Source: Escherichia phage BUCT-XGG-1. From it: a stretch of 49,653 nucleotides of DNA. Positions 26,675-37,314 of the stretch are shown one piece after another (within the stretch, counting starts at the first letter, position 1; every line of letters begins with the position of its first letter). The position numbers and the translations under genes are program-made. The notes beneath the pieces were generated by a model, which was given only the letters and a program-made list of their open reading frames with translations, was not told where the DNA came from and did no database searches. Where the stretch lies: sequence record PP069513. One strand, written 5' to 3'.

Positions 26675-27022
26675 CTACACCGCTGTGAAGGCTTCTACAA
26701 TGGTGCATTTTACAACAAGAAGACCACGACCGATTGGCTGAGTATTCAGCGTGTCCGGCTTCAATAGGAAGACGCCGATCTTGTCCTCCGGTGGGGTAAA
26801 GGCAAAGGCTTTCAGTCTATGCGATCGCAAAAACTCGCGCACTTCTTTCCAGTCCTTGCCAACGTAACTGATTGCGTACTCTCGTCGCTCAGTGTTATAG
26901 CCAGACGATGCAACCTGGCGGAATCCATTGCCAAACTGCACCTGCCTGTCATTGTTAGTGACGGTCATTACACCGCCACCATCCTGAACCTGTACGCACC
27001 ACTTGAACACGTCTATGGCCAT
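26675..27022 (-). CDS. minor tail protein (lambda M-like)
   Basis: 115 aa directly downstream of tape measure. Confidence 0.65.
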   Translation of the reverse strand: MAIDVFKWCVQVQDGGGVMTVTNNDRQVQFGNGFRQVASSGYNTERREYAISYVGKDWKEVREFLRSHRLKAFAFTPPEDKIGVFLLKPDTLNTQPIGRGLLVVKCTIVEAFTAV

Positions 27023-27025
27023 TTA

Positions 27026-29941
27026 TTACGCTCCTGCTTTTCCGTTGATGTAATTGTAAACTTCGCCACCCTGGGAACATGATTCCTGAATCATTTGCTT
27101 GAAAATCATTTTCACGCCCTGCTCCATGCCCTTCGGATCGCTACCGTTATTGATGCTAACAGGGATGCTACCAATTGTCACGCCGCCAGCCATGATTGCA
27201 CCGCCACCGCCACCACCGCTTGAAGTTCCACCAACCATCCCACCATTCGCATAACCGCGCATCATTCGATAAAGGTTATCGACTCCAATTCGCTTGGTAG
27301 CTTCCTTGGTCATGACAAATTCACCTTTATGAACTGTGCCCGCTGGCTCATACTTTCCGCCGTCTCCGGTATATCCGCCAGTGGCGAACCATCCTGAGTT
27401 AGCGAAGGAGAACCCCTTACCGCTGCCACCGCCCATCATACCTGACAGTGAGTTAAAGATTACCATCTGCGTTATCATCTTAATAATCTGGCTGATAATA
27501 CTCTTTGCAAAGTCGGCAAAGTTGGCCTGGCCCGTCATCAAGAACTCAGTCATCATGTCAGACAAACCGTTCAGGGCGTTAGCTGCGATGTTGCCTACGT
27601 TGGTGTACATATCCGTTGCGCTTTCTCCGTAGTCTTCAAATGCACGTTGCGCGCCTGCAAGCCAGTCTCTGCGTTTCTCATCCTCGTTGGCGTAATACTC
27701 TTTCTGCTTGTCAATCATTTTCTTGAGAGCTTCATCATCCTGACCGCCGCCCTTAGACATGTAATCCGCTCGGATCTTCTCAAGCTGAATCTGGCGTTCT
27801 GCCTCAAGTGTACCCATGGCGCGCGTGGCGTTAAGGCTTTTGCTCGCTGCGTCAATTTGCATGATGAACTTCATTGATTCGTCATTCAGTTTGTTGATCT
27901 GCTCCTGCTTAACAATCTGATCACCAATCTCTGCTTTCTCCTTCGCTAACGAAAGCACCTTTTGCTGACTGGCTAGCAATGCTTTTTCCTCGTTGGTCAG
28001 CTTGCGCTTACTCTGTGCATCCTGGAGGATTGAAATCTGAGCCTCTGTAGCCCACAAAGCACGGCGCTGTGTTGAGATCTTGTCGTTAATAGACTTGTGA
28101 TCTTCTAAAACTTTAAGCTGAGCTTTGAGAACGTAAAGTTCTTTATCAAGCTGTTCAGTAGCGCCCTTGGTTACTACTGCGCCGCTGCTCTTAGTCTTCT
28201 TCCTGTTCTGCTCTTCAATGGCTTTTGCTTCCTTCTCTACAGCCTCCTTTGTCTCCTTGCTGTATTGCTTCTCCATATCGCGTCGGTTCTTGAGAGCGTT
28301 GATGTAACCCATTTCGCCCTTTTCTACTCGCGCGTTAATCACGTCCAGATCTTTTGCGAGGCTGTCATAGGTGTCTTTGGAGTTCTTAACGATAGTCTGC
28401 TGTTCGTTGAGAATATCCTTACCGAAATCACTCATACCAGGCAGGCTTTGCGTTGCCTTGATTGCTGAGGCAATAAAGCTAGAAATGTACTCGTCACCTT
28501 TGGCGAGAATCATTTTTACCTGAATCACCGTACCGCTAACCACGTCAATTATGAGGTTTAGAGCACCAAGCGTATGATCGCCAACCCACCCCCAGGCGTC
28601 GGATGACCATTTCTTAATGTCGGTCCACATTTTCTCAAGCGGCGTTGCAGTACCTGCAATCTTGCTCATGCGTTCTTCCATGGTGTCAGCAAACAGCTTG
28701 GTCGCCTCCGTCACGGCTTCGGTTTCGCCCTTGGTTTTAACAATCCCGTTGATATAGGTCAGTTGGCCTTTCTCCAGGAAGTTGTATTGCTCATTTAGCT
28801 TCGCAAGCCCTTTCACCGGATCATCTGCAATCTTGCCAAAGTCACTGATAATGTCGCTCGTAGCTCGGCCCGTTGCGGCTGACCATTCAGCGGTGGCGCG
28901 GGTGATATTCCTGATTTGGTCCTGAGTGTACTTACCGCTTTTTGCAAGCTCAGTGGCAATTTCTCGCACAGATCCGATAGTCGCATTGCTGGTGTCTGCA
29001 ATTTTGTTTGCGATCTGGTCAAGGTCCGCCGCGCTCGCCGCTGCAAATCCGCCAGTCTCAATCAGGGCGTTTTTCATGTCTGTGATGGATCGGTAGGAGT
29101 CGTAACCAGCTTTAGCAAGGCCAGCAAGTGCGATACCCATAGCGCCCATACCAACCGTTACCGGATTAAGGTAAGAAAGCAAAACTTTAAACGTATTCCC
29201 AACACCGCCGAACGAATCCTTGATCTGCCCGCCCTGCTGGATTGCAACCAGCCATACAGGCATACCGGAAGCAAGGGAGGTAACAACGTCAGTGATCTGC
29301 ATTGGCAAGATGCGCAGCGCGTTCTTGTACTCGCCAGCGGAAAGGCCAGCCGCATTTGTCGCTACAGTCTGCTTGTTCATCGCTGCAATTAAAGGTGCGG
29401 CCTGATTCGATACGCCAAGCTGTGCCGCCTTCAATTCGAGAAGCTCAGTCTTGGTCATTGTCGCAGCATTGGCTTGTTCTTGCAGTGATTTAAGGAACCT
29501 GTCAGCGTCCTTTGTTGCCGCCTCTTTGGCTTTTGAGTTAGCCATAGCCGCACGGCCTTCTTCGGTCAGCGCCATCTTGGATCGGTTAAGCGCATTGATC
29601 TGAGTTTCAATCATGCTTGACAGATTGAAGAACTCGGCGTCTGGAACTAGGCCTTTGCTCCAGAGGTTATCCAGGTCAACGCTCGCCTTCTGCAACTGGC
29701 GCATTTTTCCGATTGTAGGATCAATGGCTTTCTCTACGTCGGCAAATTCTTTCTTCTGGCGCTTAACCTCGTTGTTGAACTCTTTCATCTTCTGCTTTGC
29801 TACTTGCTCAGCATCAATGAAATTGTCAAAGCTCTTTCCGGCTGTGTTGTTCGCCCTGGATAAGTCATCCAGAGATTTAACCGCCGCATCAACCTGGGAT
29901 ACGTCAACCCCAAGCGATAGCCCTGCAAATTTATCTGTCAT
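27026..29941 (-). CDS. tail tape measure protein
   Basis: 971 aa, Ala/Lys/Glu-rich helical composition, Gly-rich C-terminal part, follows G/GT chaperone. Confidence 0.85.
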   Translation of the reverse strand: MTDKFAGLSLGVDVSQVDAAVKSLDDLSRANNTAGKSFDNFIDAEQVAKQKMKEFNNEVKRQKKEFADVEKAIDPTIGKMRQLQKASVDLDNLWSKGLVPDAEFFNLSSMIETQINALNRSKMALTEEGRAAMANSKAKEAATKDADRFLKSLQEQANAATMTKTELLELKAAQLGVSNQAAPLIAAMNKQTVATNAAGLSAGEYKNALRILPMQITDVVTSLASGMPVWLVAIQQGGQIKDSFGGVGNTFKVLLSYLNPVTVGMGAMGIALAGLAKAGYDSYRSITDMKNALIETGGFAAASAADLDQIANKIADTSNATIGSVREIATELAKSGKYTQDQIRNITRATAEWSAATGRATSDIISDFGKIADDPVKGLAKLNEQYNFLEKGQLTYINGIVKTKGETEAVTEATKLFADTMEERMSKIAGTATPLEKMWTDIKKWSSDAWGWVGDHTLGALNLIIDVVSGTVIQVKMILAKGDEYISSFIASAIKATQSLPGMSDFGKDILNEQQTIVKNSKDTYDSLAKDLDVINARVEKGEMGYINALKNRRDMEKQYSKETKEAVEKEAKAIEEQNRKKTKSSGAVVTKGATEQLDKELYVLKAQLKVLEDHKSINDKISTQRRALWATEAQISILQDAQSKRKLTNEEKALLASQQKVLSLAKEKAEIGDQIVKQEQINKLNDESMKFIMQIDAASKSLNATRAMGTLEAERQIQLEKIRADYMSKGGGQDDEALKKMIDKQKEYYANEDEKRRDWLAGAQRAFEDYGESATDMYTNVGNIAANALNGLSDMMTEFLMTGQANFADFAKSIISQIIKMITQMVIFNSLSGMMGGGSGKGFSFANSGWFATGGYTGDGGKYEPAGTVHKGEFVMTKEATKRIGVDNLYRMMRGYANGGMVGGTSSGGGGGGAIMAGGVTIGSIPVSINNGSDPKGMEQGVKMIFKQMIQESCSQGGEVYNYINGKAGA

Positions 29942-29977
29942 AAAACCCCCATACGAAAAAAGCGCCCGTAGGCGCTA

Positions 29978-30606
29978 TTATTTTTTGTGCATCTGCTTAA
30001 GCGCTTCCGCTTCCATCACACGCACATCATTTAAGGCCATTTCTTCACAATCTATTTTATAGATTCGAAATAGCATAGGCAAGACATTATAATCAAGCCC
30101 GTAGGCTCCGGCTCCGGCAGATCTCCATTGCGTTTGCATCGCGGTGAATACTTCCCATGACTGGTATGTTTCCTCGTCGAACTGCAATATCTCCGGCTCT
30201 TCGTTGTCGTAGTCTTCACGGGTTAATCCGTATGCCTCAAGCTCTGAGTCGGTGGGCGCTCGCCTGAATAATAGCTCGACCGCCCGTTTTAGTTTTTTAC
30301 TCGGTAGCCAGCCAGCGCTTGAGTGTAGGTTGAGATCAGGCCACCAACAACGGCAGGGTAACTATCAACAAGCTTATTGATGTTTTCATCATTGAACTCG
30401 TCCTCAAGTTCCCACCCGCTAGCCAGGGATTTTACAAACTGAGCGCCAGTCTGTTTTTCTGCATTTTTCAGCGTGGCGTTAAGTTCGGATGACGTTAGCG
30501 CCTTGACAGTGAATGAAAACGAAGCTTCAACGCCGTTCGGCAATACGAATTTAACCGGAAGCGGGAAGTCTGGCAGGCGTTCAGATAGGGTTACTTTAAA
30601 GCTCAT
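29978..30606 (-). CDS. tail assembly chaperone G-T fusion (via -1 frameshift)
   Basis: -1 frame stays open from slippery site 30292-30298 to stop at 29978; lambda G/GT-like arrangement between major tail and tape measure. Confidence 0.5.
30289..30606 (-). CDS. tail assembly chaperone (G-like)
   Basis: 105-aa ORF ending GYRVKN just after AAAAAAC heptamer. Confidence 0.6.
   Translation of the reverse strand: MSFKVTLSERLPDFPLPVKFVLPNGVEASFSFTVKALTSSELNATLKNAEKQTGAQFVKSLASGWELEDEFNDENINKLVDSYPAVVGGLISTYTQALAGYRVKN
30292..30298 (-). other. -1 programmed frameshift slippery heptamer A_AAA_AAC
   Basis: Minus strand GTA AAA AAC TAA: X_XXY_YYZ heptamer in frame with G, 3 nt before its stop. Confidence 0.55.
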
Positions 30607-30650
30607 GGTGTTTTCCTCTTTGTTTGAATTGGTGATATTAAATCACAAAT

Positions 30651-30674
30651 AGAAAAAGGGGGCAATAGCCCCCC
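30651..30674 (-). terminator. intrinsic terminator after major tail gene
   Basis: GGGGG CTATTG CCCCC followed by T5. Confidence 0.55.
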
Positions 30675-30678
30675 TGCA

Positions 30679-31350
30679 TTACTCAGATTCTTTCATGTGC
30701 GTGTATTTGCCATCAAGCGAGATGGTCAGAGTGGTCGTTTCATCTTCGTTCATCACCGTGTTAGGGATGTCATCGAAAGATGGCGTGCCAGAGAAGGTGC
30801 GGATCGGATAGCTTGCCTTCGGTACAAACATTCGCATAGCGCGCGTCTTGCCGTCTTCGTCGTAACCAATCAGAAGCTGCGTGATTGGGTTAGAGTAGTC
30901 GAAGTCGAACGTATACGCGATGGACGTCGCAGATTTAAAGGTCGGGATCTGCTTCTCTCGGTCATCTGATAGACACTGCTTAGTATAGAACTGCTGCTCG
31001 CCACCAGATTTTGCGATGTCGCTCACGCATGGAATCTCAATCCAGCTTTCGATCTTAACGAAAGTGGAAGCGCCGCCAGCGGGGAACTTGTTAAGGTCAG
31101 CCGTGGAAGTGTTCTTGTCGCCTTCAAGCGTGATTGATGCGTTGCTAACCACTTCTTTTACGCGCATTACGCGGTTTTTAAATGCAGCCCATACGCTTTC
31201 CAGCACCAGGACGTAATCGCCTTTCACAATGCCAGTGGTCGATGTAACAGTCGCTATCGGATCATCCGCGTTGCTTACTTTGCTTGCGTCAATTTCAGTG
31301 GCTGCTCGGGTCTGTTCAATAAAGATTTGGGAACCGTTAGGAAGTGCCAT
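30679..31350 (-). CDS. major tail protein
   Basis: 223 aa, immediately upstream of chaperone and tape measure, followed by terminator. Confidence 0.65.
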   Translation of the reverse strand: MALPNGSQIFIEQTRAATEIDASKVSNADDPIATVTSTTGIVKGDYVLVLESVWAAFKNRVMRVKEVVSNASITLEGDKNTSTADLNKFPAGGASTFVKIESWIEIPCVSDIAKSGGEQQFYTKQCLSDDREKQIPTFKSATSIAYTFDFDYSNPITQLLIGYDEDGKTRAMRMFVPKASYPIRTFSGTPSFDDIPNTVMNEDETTTLTISLDGKYTHMKESE

Positions 31351-31363
31351 AGTTAATGCTCCT

Positions 31364-31783
31364 TTATTCGTCGTATTGTACTGTGAGGCGGATTGGAATT
31401 AACCAGCCTCTTTGGGATTTCTGCACGGGCTTTTGGCTCGCGCCTTCGAAAATAAAACCTACAGAAAGGATTTTACCATCTTCGAAGAAATTAGCAATTT
31501 CTTTTGCGAGCTTGCGCGCGTCGTCCATGCCAGTATCAGGCGAAAAAACAATGCCAATTTGGACAAGGCCACGAATCCTGATACACTTCCGGCTCAAAGA
31601 TTTGTACGTCTTCTCTGCCGGAATGTAATCAAACTTCAACCACGTAGAGCCATCGTCAGGCTCAGTGAACGCTACGTTCTCATACATGATAGGGAATCGA
31701 CTTCCGAACTCACCATGTAGCGCCTTACGCGCCGCGACCGCCAGGTCATAATCGTCATAAACCATTTTTATTCCTTGATTCAA
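31364..31783 (-). CDS. tail terminator / tail completion protein (putative)
   Basis: Position upstream of major tail gene; start may be the internal Met at 31765. Confidence 0.4.
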   Translation of the reverse strand: MNQGIKMVYDDYDLAVAARKALHGEFGSRFPIMYENVAFTEPDDGSTWLKFDYIPAEKTYKSLSRKCIRIRGLVQIGIVFSPDTGMDDARKLAKEIANFFEDGKILSVGFIFEGASQKPVQKSQRGWLIPIRLTVQYDE

Positions 31784-32198
31784 TAATTGCTTCTGCCATG
31801 TAAGATCTCAACCGGATAGCCACCAGGCCAAGCACGCCAGCTGGAGCTTGCTGTGAATGTCCGTACTCCAGAGCATTTGCATAGATCAGCATGTTAGAAA
31901 AATAGATGGTAGTTACCGCGCCGCCACGACCTAACGGCAATGAGTTAGCTGCTCGTATACCTGCGGCGATGGTTTTGTCACCCGTTTTGTCATACTCATT
32001 CAGCGCGTACATTGGGATGTGGTTATAGGTTATCTGCCAGTTAGCTCTAAATCGCCCTGTATCGACTGGAGAGCCTTTAACTAAATCGGCGTGTACAGCC
32101 TTGACGAACTCACGAATAACGTCATCAAGGCCCGATTTAACCTGCTTAATCCACTTCTCTATATCGCCATGGAATTTCCTGACGATATAGTTAGCCAT
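31755..32198 (-). CDS. neck / tail-component protein (putative)
   Basis: Position in head-tail joining block; start taken at MANYIVRKF. Confidence 0.4.
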   Translation of the reverse strand: MANYIVRKFHGDIEKWIKQVKSGLDDVIREFVKAVHADLVKGSPVDTGRFRANWQITYNHIPMYALNEYDKTGDKTIAAGIRAANSLPLGRGGAVTTIYFSNMLIYANALEYGHSQQAPAGVLGLVAIRLRSYMAEAIIESRNKNGL

Positions 32199-32571
32199 TT
32201 GCTGCCACCTTACGCAAGATCGGACGGTATGCGATAACGTGAGATTGAGTCGGGTTAACTGGTCGATTGTCAACGACTCGCCAGTGCTGGCCCTCAAGGA
32301 TGATAATCATCCCATTCTCAATCGGTGTAACGTTAGAGAAGAACGCACGCTTGTCTCCCAGCTTGATAGATTCGCCATCAATCATGTGATAGTTGATCGC
32401 TCTCACAGCGCCGAACACTTTACCTCGAACCTCCGGCACTTTCACCTCTTCACCGTCAACCATTTGGACGCCGCCACCAGTAATGATAATGTCGAACCCG
32501 ACCTCATCGTTACCAGAGAAGGCATTAATCCCCTGATCGGTAAGCCTTTGGACTTCGTTATAATCAATCAT
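32191..32571 (-). CDS. head closure protein (putative)
   Basis: Position; start taken at MIDYNEV giving ATGA overlap with upstream gene. Confidence 0.4.
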   Translation of the reverse strand: MIDYNEVQRLTDQGINAFSGNDEVGFDIIITGGGVQMVDGEEVKVPEVRGKVFGAVRAINYHMIDGESIKLGDKRAFFSNVTPIENGMIIILEGQHWRVVDNRPVNPTQSHVIAYRPILRKVAANG

Positions 32572-32996
32572 CGCACACACCCCCGCGCCCGAATACCAGA
32601 GATAATGCCGAAGCCGCCGCCTTTCTTCTTGTTGAGAACGTCGTACATTTTGCCCCATGGGGTTTGTGTAATCTGACGCCCATCAGTGTTCTGAGTTACA
32701 GATCCGTAGCCAGTCGAAAATTCACCGCTCAGGGAGAATGACGTTACTCGCCGTGAGTAGTTCTCCAGACTTTCATTCTCTCCCTTCATTGCGCCATCCA
32801 AAAACATCAGGTGCATGGTGTACAGTGCCAACGCTTTGTAATAATCCTTACCGAATTTATTCTTGCACACAAAAGATTCAGCCAGCACCATCCACGCAAG
32901 AAATATTTCAGGATCAACCTCCTTTAATGCTGGGGCTAGTTGGCACATAAACTCGAAAGCCTTAGTCTGATATTCATTCATATTTTGCCTCCACAA
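32568..32996 (-). CDS. head-tail connector protein (putative)
   Basis: Position downstream of capsid gene. Confidence 0.4.
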   Translation of the reverse strand: MWRQNMNEYQTKAFEFMCQLAPALKEVDPEIFLAWMVLAESFVCKNKFGKDYYKALALYTMHLMFLDGAMKGENESLENYSRRVTSFSLSGEFSTGYGSVTQNTDGRQITQTPWGKMYDVLNKKKGGGFGIISGIRARGCVR

Positions 32997-33026
32997 TCAA
33001 AAAAGGACCCGTAAGGGTCCATTGAT

Positions 33027-33272
33027 TTAAACGGTCCCGCCGTTTTCAGCCTCAGGGATGCTCTTAGCTTCTTTCTTCCCTTTCTTCTTGCTATTAATTT
33101 CTTCGGCGATCTCTTTAGTCTTTGTTCGACTCTCTTCAACCTCAAGTCGACCTTCTGCGATTAGTCGCTTGTGCGAGTCCTGCAGTTCTTCAACATCAAA
33201 GAAATCACCAGGAAGAACCATTTTTTCAGGTGTAAAGATGATGCTTACGCTAATGTTTGTTAAACGAATCAT
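33027..33272 (-). CDS. hypothetical structural-module protein (81 aa)
   Basis: Charged Lys/Glu-rich C-terminal half; RBS AAGAGGAG. Confidence 0.4.
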   Translation of the reverse strand: MIRLTNISVSIIFTPEKMVLPGDFFDVEELQDSHKRLIAEGRLEVEESRTKTKEIAEEINSKKKGKKEAKSIPEAENGGTV

Positions 33273-33321
33273 TTATTAACTCCTCTTGTTTGAATTGATT
33301 AAATTCTACATTAACCAAAAT

Positions 33322-33354
33322 AAAAAAGCCACCAATTAAGGTGGCTTTTATTTT
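33322..33354. terminator. intrinsic terminator after major capsid gene
   Basis: A6 GCCACC AATTAA GGTGGC T4AT4, overlapping capsid stop codon. Confidence 0.65.
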
Positions 33355-34300
33355 AAGCGGCTGTGATACCCTTCATCACAGCGATGGTCAGCGGTCGGTA
33401 GATTACCAGTCCAGTGGTTTTGGATGTAACAGGCACTTTGAAGTGCAGATCTTTCGGCTGCATAGGCAGCGCGTTAGTCGCCTCAGGGATCTCAATGCTC
33501 ATGTTCATCGGATCGTATTCGTAAGCCAGTGCAGCTTTGCCACCTGCGCCATCGTAATCATCAAGAAGCGCAAGATACTGTAGCTCAACACCTGGGTTGT
33601 TCTTGGTGTACAGTTCTTGATAACTAACTGTGGTATTCGGAGCCAGTTGCTGCATCAGGCGACGCATTGAAGCAGGCAGAAGAATACGGTTTGCACGGTG
33701 GAAGCCTTGAGTTGCAGTCTCGATACTGTCGATAAGACGAGTAATATCGTTGCTTGCAACCTCTGGGCTTGTCCACGCGCCAGTAGGCGTTACCTGGTTT
33801 ACGTTGGAGGCCTCGAACACGCTCTTAATACCATGCGGAGCGGAACCTTTCCATACCAGCTTATCAAGCAGGTTGTCGTGAGCCTCAAAAGCTATGTTTT
33901 GCTTACGAGTCTGCAAGCTGTTACCAAGAGCAGCGCCAGCTTTGATTTCGTCGATTGAGATCAGATAGGCGTTACCGAAACGGAATACTTTACCTTGCTT
34001 CTCTGTCATCAGCGCATCAACCAGCGGCAGGTCGTCAGAGTAATCTGCGACAATCTGCGCTACACCTACTGCGTCCAGTTCGGGGTATTCGAAATACTTA
34101 GCATGGCTAGGAATTTCGTTGCTAACAGGGAACAAGTTAACTACGGAGGTGGTAGGGTAATCACGCTCATAGACACGCTTCAACTGAGCGGTTAACTGCT
34201 TAACAGTCCAGATGCCAACAGCGTCAGCCTTATCAACGCCAGAGCGGCGAAGGTGGCTAGTGATTTCGTTTAGTTCGAAAGAGTCTAATTTCATGGTCAT
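33353..34300 (-). CDS. major capsid protein
   Basis: 315 aa, preceded by strong promoter and followed by strong terminator; position after scaffold and decoration-like genes. Confidence 0.7.
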   Translation of the reverse strand: MTMKLDSFELNEITSHLRRSGVDKADAVGIWTVKQLTAQLKRVYERDYPTTSVVNLFPVSNEIPSHAKYFEYPELDAVGVAQIVADYSDDLPLVDALMTEKQGKVFRFGNAYLISIDEIKAGAALGNSLQTRKQNIAFEAHDNLLDKLVWKGSAPHGIKSVFEASNVNQVTPTGAWTSPEVASNDITRLIDSIETATQGFHRANRILLPASMRRLMQQLAPNTTVSYQELYTKNNPGVELQYLALLDDYDGAGGKAALAYEYDPMNMSIEIPEATNALPMQPKDLHFKVPVTSKTTGLVIYRPLTIAVMKGITAA

Positions 34301-34334
34301 TTTAAATTTCCTTTTGGGTTAATGTACGTGATTG

Positions 34335-34364
34335 ATTATACATTGCTGAGCCTGCGGATTGCAA
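34335..34364 (-). promoter_or_regulatory. sigma70-type promoter (TTGCAA-N18-TGnTATAAT)
   Basis: Minus strand TTGCAA at 34359-34364, 18-bp spacer, TG-extended TATAAT at 34335-34340, then RBS and capsid ATG. Confidence 0.5.
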
Positions 34365-34399
34365 TAGTGGGTAGAATATTTATTTTATCTTAATTGATC

Positions 34400-34420
34400 A
34401 AAAAACCTCCCGAAGGAGGT
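34400..34420 (-). terminator. intrinsic terminator
   Basis: ACCTCC TTCG GGAGGT with T6 on minus strand after 34438..34914. Confidence 0.55.
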
Positions 34421-34437
34421 CTTTGTTTTTATACCAA

Positions 34438-34914
34438 TTACTTCTGCAGTAACTGAACTTCAACAAGCGCTGGCTCGCCAGACACTGCATCAGCCGCCTG
34501 GAATCCACCAGCCGCAGTACCAAGAGCAAAGTCAGCAGCACCAGCGACGGTTGAACTTGCAATACCAGATGCGTTAACGGTGATTGCTGAGCCAAATGCC
34601 GGGGCAGCGTCTAAGCTAGTTTGAACCCAGATTCGACCATGTGTCATTACGTTTGCCACTTGGTAATTATCAATATCACCAGCTGCACCGCCATAAGTTC
34701 CTTTTGGTGATTCGTAGTGCGATTTAACCAGAACGCCGTATACACTTTCAGCTGACGGAGCGGCCAGTACTTTGTGACCATCAACAACAGAGCTAACCCC
34801 AACAGCCGTACCAACCTGACGAACCAAGCTGGATGACATTGCGCAAGCACCATCAATGTTATAAAGGGAAGTATCTGCGATCATGCCCGCAGTGGCTTGA
34901 CGACGAATTGCCAT
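34438..34914 (-). CDS. capsid decoration-like protein (putative)
   Basis: Gly/Ala/Val-rich 158-aa protein between scaffold and capsid genes (lambda D-like position). Confidence 0.4.
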   Translation of the reverse strand: MAIRRQATAGMIADTSLYNIDGACAMSSSLVRQVGTAVGVSSVVDGHKVLAAPSAESVYGVLVKSHYESPKGTYGGAAGDIDNYQVANVMTHGRIWVQTSLDAAPAFGSAITVNASGIASSTVAGAADFALGTAAGGFQAADAVSGEPALVEVQLLQK

Positions 34915-34926
34915 GATATTTTATCC

Positions 34927-36063
34927 TTACTTTTTGTTAATTAATTTTTTCAGTCGATCTTGCGGATCAAATGATTCGTTTTCTTTACCGTCAGATTTGT
35001 CGGCAGTGCCGAAAACCTTAACGCGCTGAGCGGCCATTTTATCAGACTCTTTAGCCAAATCAAAGGCAGCTTCGATGTACGAGTCAGATTTCTCAGTAGC
35101 ATCAATACCAGAAACCTCCTTGATGTAGGCAACCTTAATTTCTTTTGCGCCAAGTCCATCGCACTTAATGCCAATCTCACCAGCAATAGCAACCAGGCCA
35201 GCCAGCTCATCAGCGTCAGCTTTTGCTTTAGCAACAGCGGCTTCGATCTGTGCTGGAATGCCATCCACTTTAACTTTCAGAGCGTCGCGCTCAGCTTCAA
35301 TTTCGCTAACCTTTTTCTTTTCTGCATCTGCATCTGCCTTGATGGATGCGATGTGGTCAGCTACGTCTTTTGACACTTCCACTTCTGCGGAATCAATTTT
35401 GATTTTTACGGTCATTTTACTTTCCTCTTTTGGTAATTGAACATGCTCATCATATTTAATTTCTTCTGAGCCGTCAAGGTTTAATCTGGCAATACCTGCG
35501 CGACCGTGCTTTACCTTGGCGACGTGGTTTGGGATGATGTTCGTTTGCAGCACGTCAAACTCTTCCCACTCGTCGGTCATGACGGTTCCGTTAGGGAATT
35601 GCGCCTCCATTCCCTCAGCGTCATCCTTGAAAACATACTCGCCAGTATTGACGTTTCCCCACCCTTCGCGGTGAATGTCATTGGTCTTGTAACCAACCGA
35701 CAATTCTGCGGCGTCGCCACGCTTGGCGGATTCAATTGATTCCTTGTCGTGAATTACGATCGGACACTTCAAGCCAATACCATCACGACGACCAGCGCCG
35801 GATAGTGAGCCGACAACAATCTTCCGCGCGTTGCTTGTGCTTACTTCCTGGTGGCCCTCTACGATCGGCATACCGCGAAACAGTTCCATCGCCTCGGCCT
35901 TGAACACTTCGTTTGCTGGTCGGAACTCACGCTGAATTGTTCCATCGGCACGCATATATTCCTGAATACCGATTCGCGCAATGATTGGCTCATCATGCAT
36001 GAATCCGTTAGAGTCAAAGCGTGCTTTCAGTTGCACGCTATCGTATCGTTGCTTAGTGGTCAT
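34927..36063 (-). CDS. prohead scaffold / protease-like protein
   Basis: 378 aa with Ala/Lys/Glu/Asp-rich helical C-terminal half typical of scaffolds. Confidence 0.5.
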   Translation of the reverse strand: MTTKQRYDSVQLKARFDSNGFMHDEPIIARIGIQEYMRADGTIQREFRPANEVFKAEAMELFRGMPIVEGHQEVSTSNARKIVVGSLSGAGRRDGIGLKCPIVIHDKESIESAKRGDAAELSVGYKTNDIHREGWGNVNTGEYVFKDDAEGMEAQFPNGTVMTDEWEEFDVLQTNIIPNHVAKVKHGRAGIARLNLDGSEEIKYDEHVQLPKEESKMTVKIKIDSAEVEVSKDVADHIASIKADADAEKKKVSEIEAERDALKVKVDGIPAQIEAAVAKAKADADELAGLVAIAGEIGIKCDGLGAKEIKVAYIKEVSGIDATEKSDSYIEAAFDLAKESDKMAAQRVKVFGTADKSDGKENESFDPQDRLKKLINKK

Positions 36064-36545
36064 TTTTTACTCCCGTGATTTTTATGAAATTTATATACAG
36101 ACTCCGCAACCTTTCTTGCAGAGATTGCGTCATCTTTTCTATCGTATCTACCAAGGAATTTCTCCTTTTTGTCCACCCTTATTGAAGCAATCCATTTACT
36201 GGTTCTATTACACCAGCTAACGCCAACAACTCCGCTTTTGTTTGACTTGCTCATGGATACGTTTTTGCAATTCTCTTGTCTAGTAGTTACGAGCCTTAGG
36301 TTTTCTATCCTGTTATCATCTCTGATATGGTTTATATGGTCAATCTCCATTCCTTCAGGTATTTTACCATGGTGCATCTCCCATATTACCCTATGAGCCG
36401 GAGTTAGCCTACCCATAATCCTAACGTAAATATATCCACCCTCATCCTTCCAGCCAGCCATATCGCCAACTTTAACCCTTTTCGATGTCGGATTTTTCCA
36501 GATGAGATCTTTCTCTATATGATAAAAATAATCATTGAAATTCAT
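36060..36545 (-). CDS. HNH-AP2 homing endonuclease
   Basis: EIDHINHIRDDNRIENLRLV core and AP2-like tail; inserted between head morphogenesis and scaffold genes with 4-nt overlaps. Confidence 0.8.
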   Translation of the reverse strand: MNFNDYFYHIEKDLIWKNPTSKRVKVGDMAGWKDEGGYIYVRIMGRLTPAHRVIWEMHHGKIPEGMEIDHINHIRDDNRIENLRLVTTRQENCKNVSMSKSNKSGVVGVSWCNRTSKWIASIRVDKKEKFLGRYDRKDDAISARKVAESVYKFHKNHGSKK

Positions 36546-37312
36546 AGTTGATCCCCACTGCTATCAAATGATGGCACGGCCCAGCATCGGCAGCCGTAAG
36601 GCTCACCAGGGAACGGATGGTCACTTGAGATCTCAATACGTTTCCCTTCCCATTTTACGTGCTGCAATCGCTCGCGTTCATCCAGCTTACCATGCCAGAA
36701 GTAGTGAGTTACTCCCGCATCCTCCAGGCGCTGGCGCATCAGTACGCTGTTCCATGTGGACACAATTCCACGTGAGCGATTCACAGTCCAGCCAGTATAC
36801 ACCTTGTAGCGCTGCTTTAAAACTTCATCAATCTGCTGACTTGTTTTATTGCGCACGTTTTCGACGCGTAGGTTTTGCGACCAGTCAGAGATAATGTCGT
36901 TCGATAACTTTAGGATGCTAGCCTCAGCCGAACCGCGCCATTGCGATGACTTCTCGCGATACCATGACTCATTGGCATTCGCCCCGAGCGCGCCAAGCAA
37001 GATCACAGATTGATTCTTTCCGCCACCAGCCTTTTTCGCCACGTTGAGGAATTGCCTTGAGTTAAACTTGTAGATAGTCAGAGCCAGCGCCGGAAGCGTG
37101 GCAACAATCGCCGCGATCAGTCCGGCAGCATATTCCGCAAGATCACTTTCTGCATCATTGATTTCTTCGTCCGAAGCGTCAAACCTCATGCCGCCAGTAA
37201 GCGATCTGGCTTTCTTTGCCATCTCGCCTGCGAATATTGACAATGAGCGGCTAAGCTGCCGCTCGCTTGCTTCGGGGTAACTCCATTGGTTTACAATGCC
37301 GTTAACCTTCAT
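36542..37312 (-). CDS. head morphogenesis protein (minor capsid, Mu F/SPP1 gp7-like)
   Basis: Position after portal; C-terminal ...GEPYGCRCWAV motif. Confidence 0.6.
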   Translation of the reverse strand: MKVNGIVNQWSYPEASERQLSRSLSIFAGEMAKKARSLTGGMRFDASDEEINDAESDLAEYAAGLIAAIVATLPALALTIYKFNSRQFLNVAKKAGGGKNQSVILLGALGANANESWYREKSSQWRGSAEASILKLSNDIISDWSQNLRVENVRNKTSQQIDEVLKQRYKVYTGWTVNRSRGIVSTWNSVLMRQRLEDAGVTHYFWHGKLDERERLQHVKWEGKRIEISSDHPFPGEPYGCRCWAVPSFDSSGDQL

Positions 37313-37314
37313 GA

